The translations under genes were made by a program, and so were the position numbers. The notes beneath the pieces are model-generated. The model was not told the DNA's origin. It did no database searches and worked only from the letters and a program-made list of their open reading frames with translations. A stretch of DNA of 64,000 bases from Squalus acanthias (taxonomy: Eukaryota): the NCBI GenBank assembly GCA_030390025.1, contig CM059432.1, positions 80,602,001 to 80,666,000 on the forward strand. The letters are read 5' to 3'. Positions 61,990 to 64,000 of this stretch are shown in pieces; positions within the stretch are counted from its first letter, which is position 1, and each line of letters starts with the position of its first letter.

Positions 61990-63600
61990 AACAAGAATAA
62001 TAACAACTTGCATTTCTATAACGGCCTTAAAGTACAAAAATAAACCAAGCAGCTTCACAAAATAGAAATAGTTGAAAAAACAGATGCTGAGCTAAAGAAG
62101 GAGAAATGAGGAGGAGTAACTGAAAGCTTGGTCGAAGACATGGGGGGAAAATTTGGTTGCTTTGTACCTCTCGTTAGCGCCCTAAGAGGGCGCTAACAGG
62201 GCGCAAAGCAGCTAGCACCCGGGCGCGGCGTCGCCAACGCCTCCTGCGAAATTCAGCGGGAGGTTAGTGGCGGCGGTAACCGTTAGCGCCCCGTGGTGCT
62301 GCACCGCCGGCAATGACGTCATCGCCGTGCGCAGCGCCCCACTCACACCCCGGCCGCGATCTTTGGTAGCGCCCCCTGACTTACCGCCGGACACTATGTC
62401 CGACGGGGTCATGGGGGCCTACCTGCGGCCGGGGCGGCGCTAATTAAAGGCGAGGTGCCGGGTGGCCATTTTTGTTGCTGGCCGCCTGCCAGCACCTGCC
62501 TCCGTTGCCGTCCCCGGCCTCCTGAGCACCCCCCCCCCCACGGAGTGTCAGCTGCGCTCCATGAGCCTGGCACTTCTCTTGAGTGCCGGGCTCTTTGCCA
62601 GCACTCCGATCCCGGTGGCCCAGCTGGGCCCCGGGTCGCGCTGCGCAAGGCACCTCCCCTTGAAGAAGGGGAGGAAGGCCTGCAATACCGCGGCACGTAG
62701 TGCCGTGATATTCCCTCGCAGCGCCCCAAGAGGGAGGCGGCACACTTCCAGTAGCGCCCCACTTCCCTCTTGGGGCGCTACCGATGAATTTCGGCCGCGG
62801 GGGCGCTAATTTTTTCGGGTGTAGCGCCCTGGTGAAGTTAGCGCCCCAAAGGGGGCACGACTCAATTTTTCCCCCCTTGATTTTGAGAAGGTTAAATGGC
62901 AGAGGGGTTTAGGGAGGAGTTCCAGAATGCTGATGTGGCTAAAAGATCTTCTACCAATGGTGGAGCGAAGAGGAGAGGGCTACACATGAGGTCAGAGTCA
63001 GAGAACCAAAATGTATAGGTGGAGCTATAGGATTGAAAGAGGTTGCCAGAGACAGGGTGGGGCAAAGCCATGGAGGGATTTGGAAATGAAGTTGATGATT
63101 TAAAATTTAATGTGCTGGGGGACAGAGGCCAAAAGATAGATCAGTGAGGATGGAAGGGATCTAAGTTTTGGACAAGTTAGAGTTCATGAGGACGGAGGAT
63201 GTGAGAGAGCATTGGAGTAATGGAGCCTGGAGGTTACAATGGCATGTATAGGGGCTGAGGTAGGGAAGGAGAAGGACAATTTTGCAGACATGGAATTAGA
63301 TGGTCTTTGTGTTGGAGAGGTTGTGGAAATAAAACTTAACTCATGATTGAACAGAATACCAAGGTTGCACATGTTCTGGTTCAGATTGAGAAGATGGAGT
63401 AATTGCAATGGAGCAGAGTTTGTGGCGAGGACTGAAAATTATGCCTTTGATCTTCCTGATGTTCACCTGGAGAATCTTGTGGCTCATCCATAACCCAGTG
63501 TTGGATTCCAACAGCACAAGTGTGGTTGAGGGCTCAAGAGAAGTAGTGGGGTGGTGTAGCTGAGTGTCATCAATGTACATGTGAAAGCTGACCCTGTGCC
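61990..63600 (-). mobile_element. Old L2 LINE interrupted by a MITE
   Basis: Encodes VSFHMYIDDTQL...WMSHKILQVNIRK and IHAIVTSRLHYSNAL. The 3' end acaacttgcatttctataacggcc is homologous to 40310. Confidence 0.8.
62142..62876 (-). mobile_element. Complete GC/CpG-rich MITE (735 bp)
   Basis: TIRs GGGGGGAAAATTTG and CAATTTTTCCCCCC. Inserted in the L2 3' region and contains more than ten AGCGCC/GGCGCT motifs. Confidence 0.85.
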
Positions 63601-64000
63601 GATAGATAGCACAAAGCACTTCACTAAAGGAAGCAAAATGCAGCAAATGTAACAGTTAATAAACATTAAGATGATTGATGCAGAAATTTGCCCTGACAAT
63701 TTTCTTTTGGTATGAGGCAGATTAATGTACCTGAGCCAGATAGATCTGCAGTACTCTAGGGCGTGCTTGATGACTGATTAGCCAGCTTTGCTCACTAATG
63801 CGACATACAGGGATGCACCTGTCACTGGGGGTTGAGATGCTCCATTCCAGGATCACAAATTTGCAAAATCTACCCTTATTTGTTGAAAGCTGTGACCCTT
63901 TAAGACATAGGTTTTAAAACTGGGGTCCATGATGGGTTCCCAGGGGTCTCCAAGGTCATCAGATTTTAGAATTTTTCAGTATTTCATGACTTACTAGTAT

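Noticed and set aside
55610..64000. Next PREX2 exon
   Set aside because: I found no AG/GT-bounded frame resembling the following P-Rex2 sequence. It probably lies beyond the window.

Overview
This window is eukaryotic (vertebrate) genomic DNA, most likely from a shark or other chondrichthyan. That assignment is inferred from the HE1-type V-SINE and the CR1, L2 and Neptune-type Penelope repeat content. The whole window lies inside one + strand gene that I recognise as PREX2 (PIP3-dependent Rac exchanger 2). Eight internal coding exons (1227 nt, about 409 codons) have canonical AG/GT boundaries and mutually compatible phases. The introns are packed with nested transposons: many PIF/Harbinger derivatives and MITEs, CR1 and L2 LINEs, SINEs, Penelope elements and a truncated Gypsy element. 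The most notable observations are: (i) an antisense, three-exon, uninterrupted 482-aa Harbinger-derived Myb/SANT gene whose transposase partner is deleted; (ii) a young Penelope insertion carrying a minimal hammerhead ribozyme in the sense orientation of the PREX2 pre-mRNA, plus a palindromic sister copy next to a splice donor, both with 14-bp TSDs; (iii) a Gypsy LTR with no tRNA primer site but an 11-nt complement to its own LTR; (iv) an 8.5-kb nest of five transposons. No prokaryotic system, CRISPR array, rRNA or true tRNA gene is present. All family calls come from recognising motifs by eye, not from database searches.
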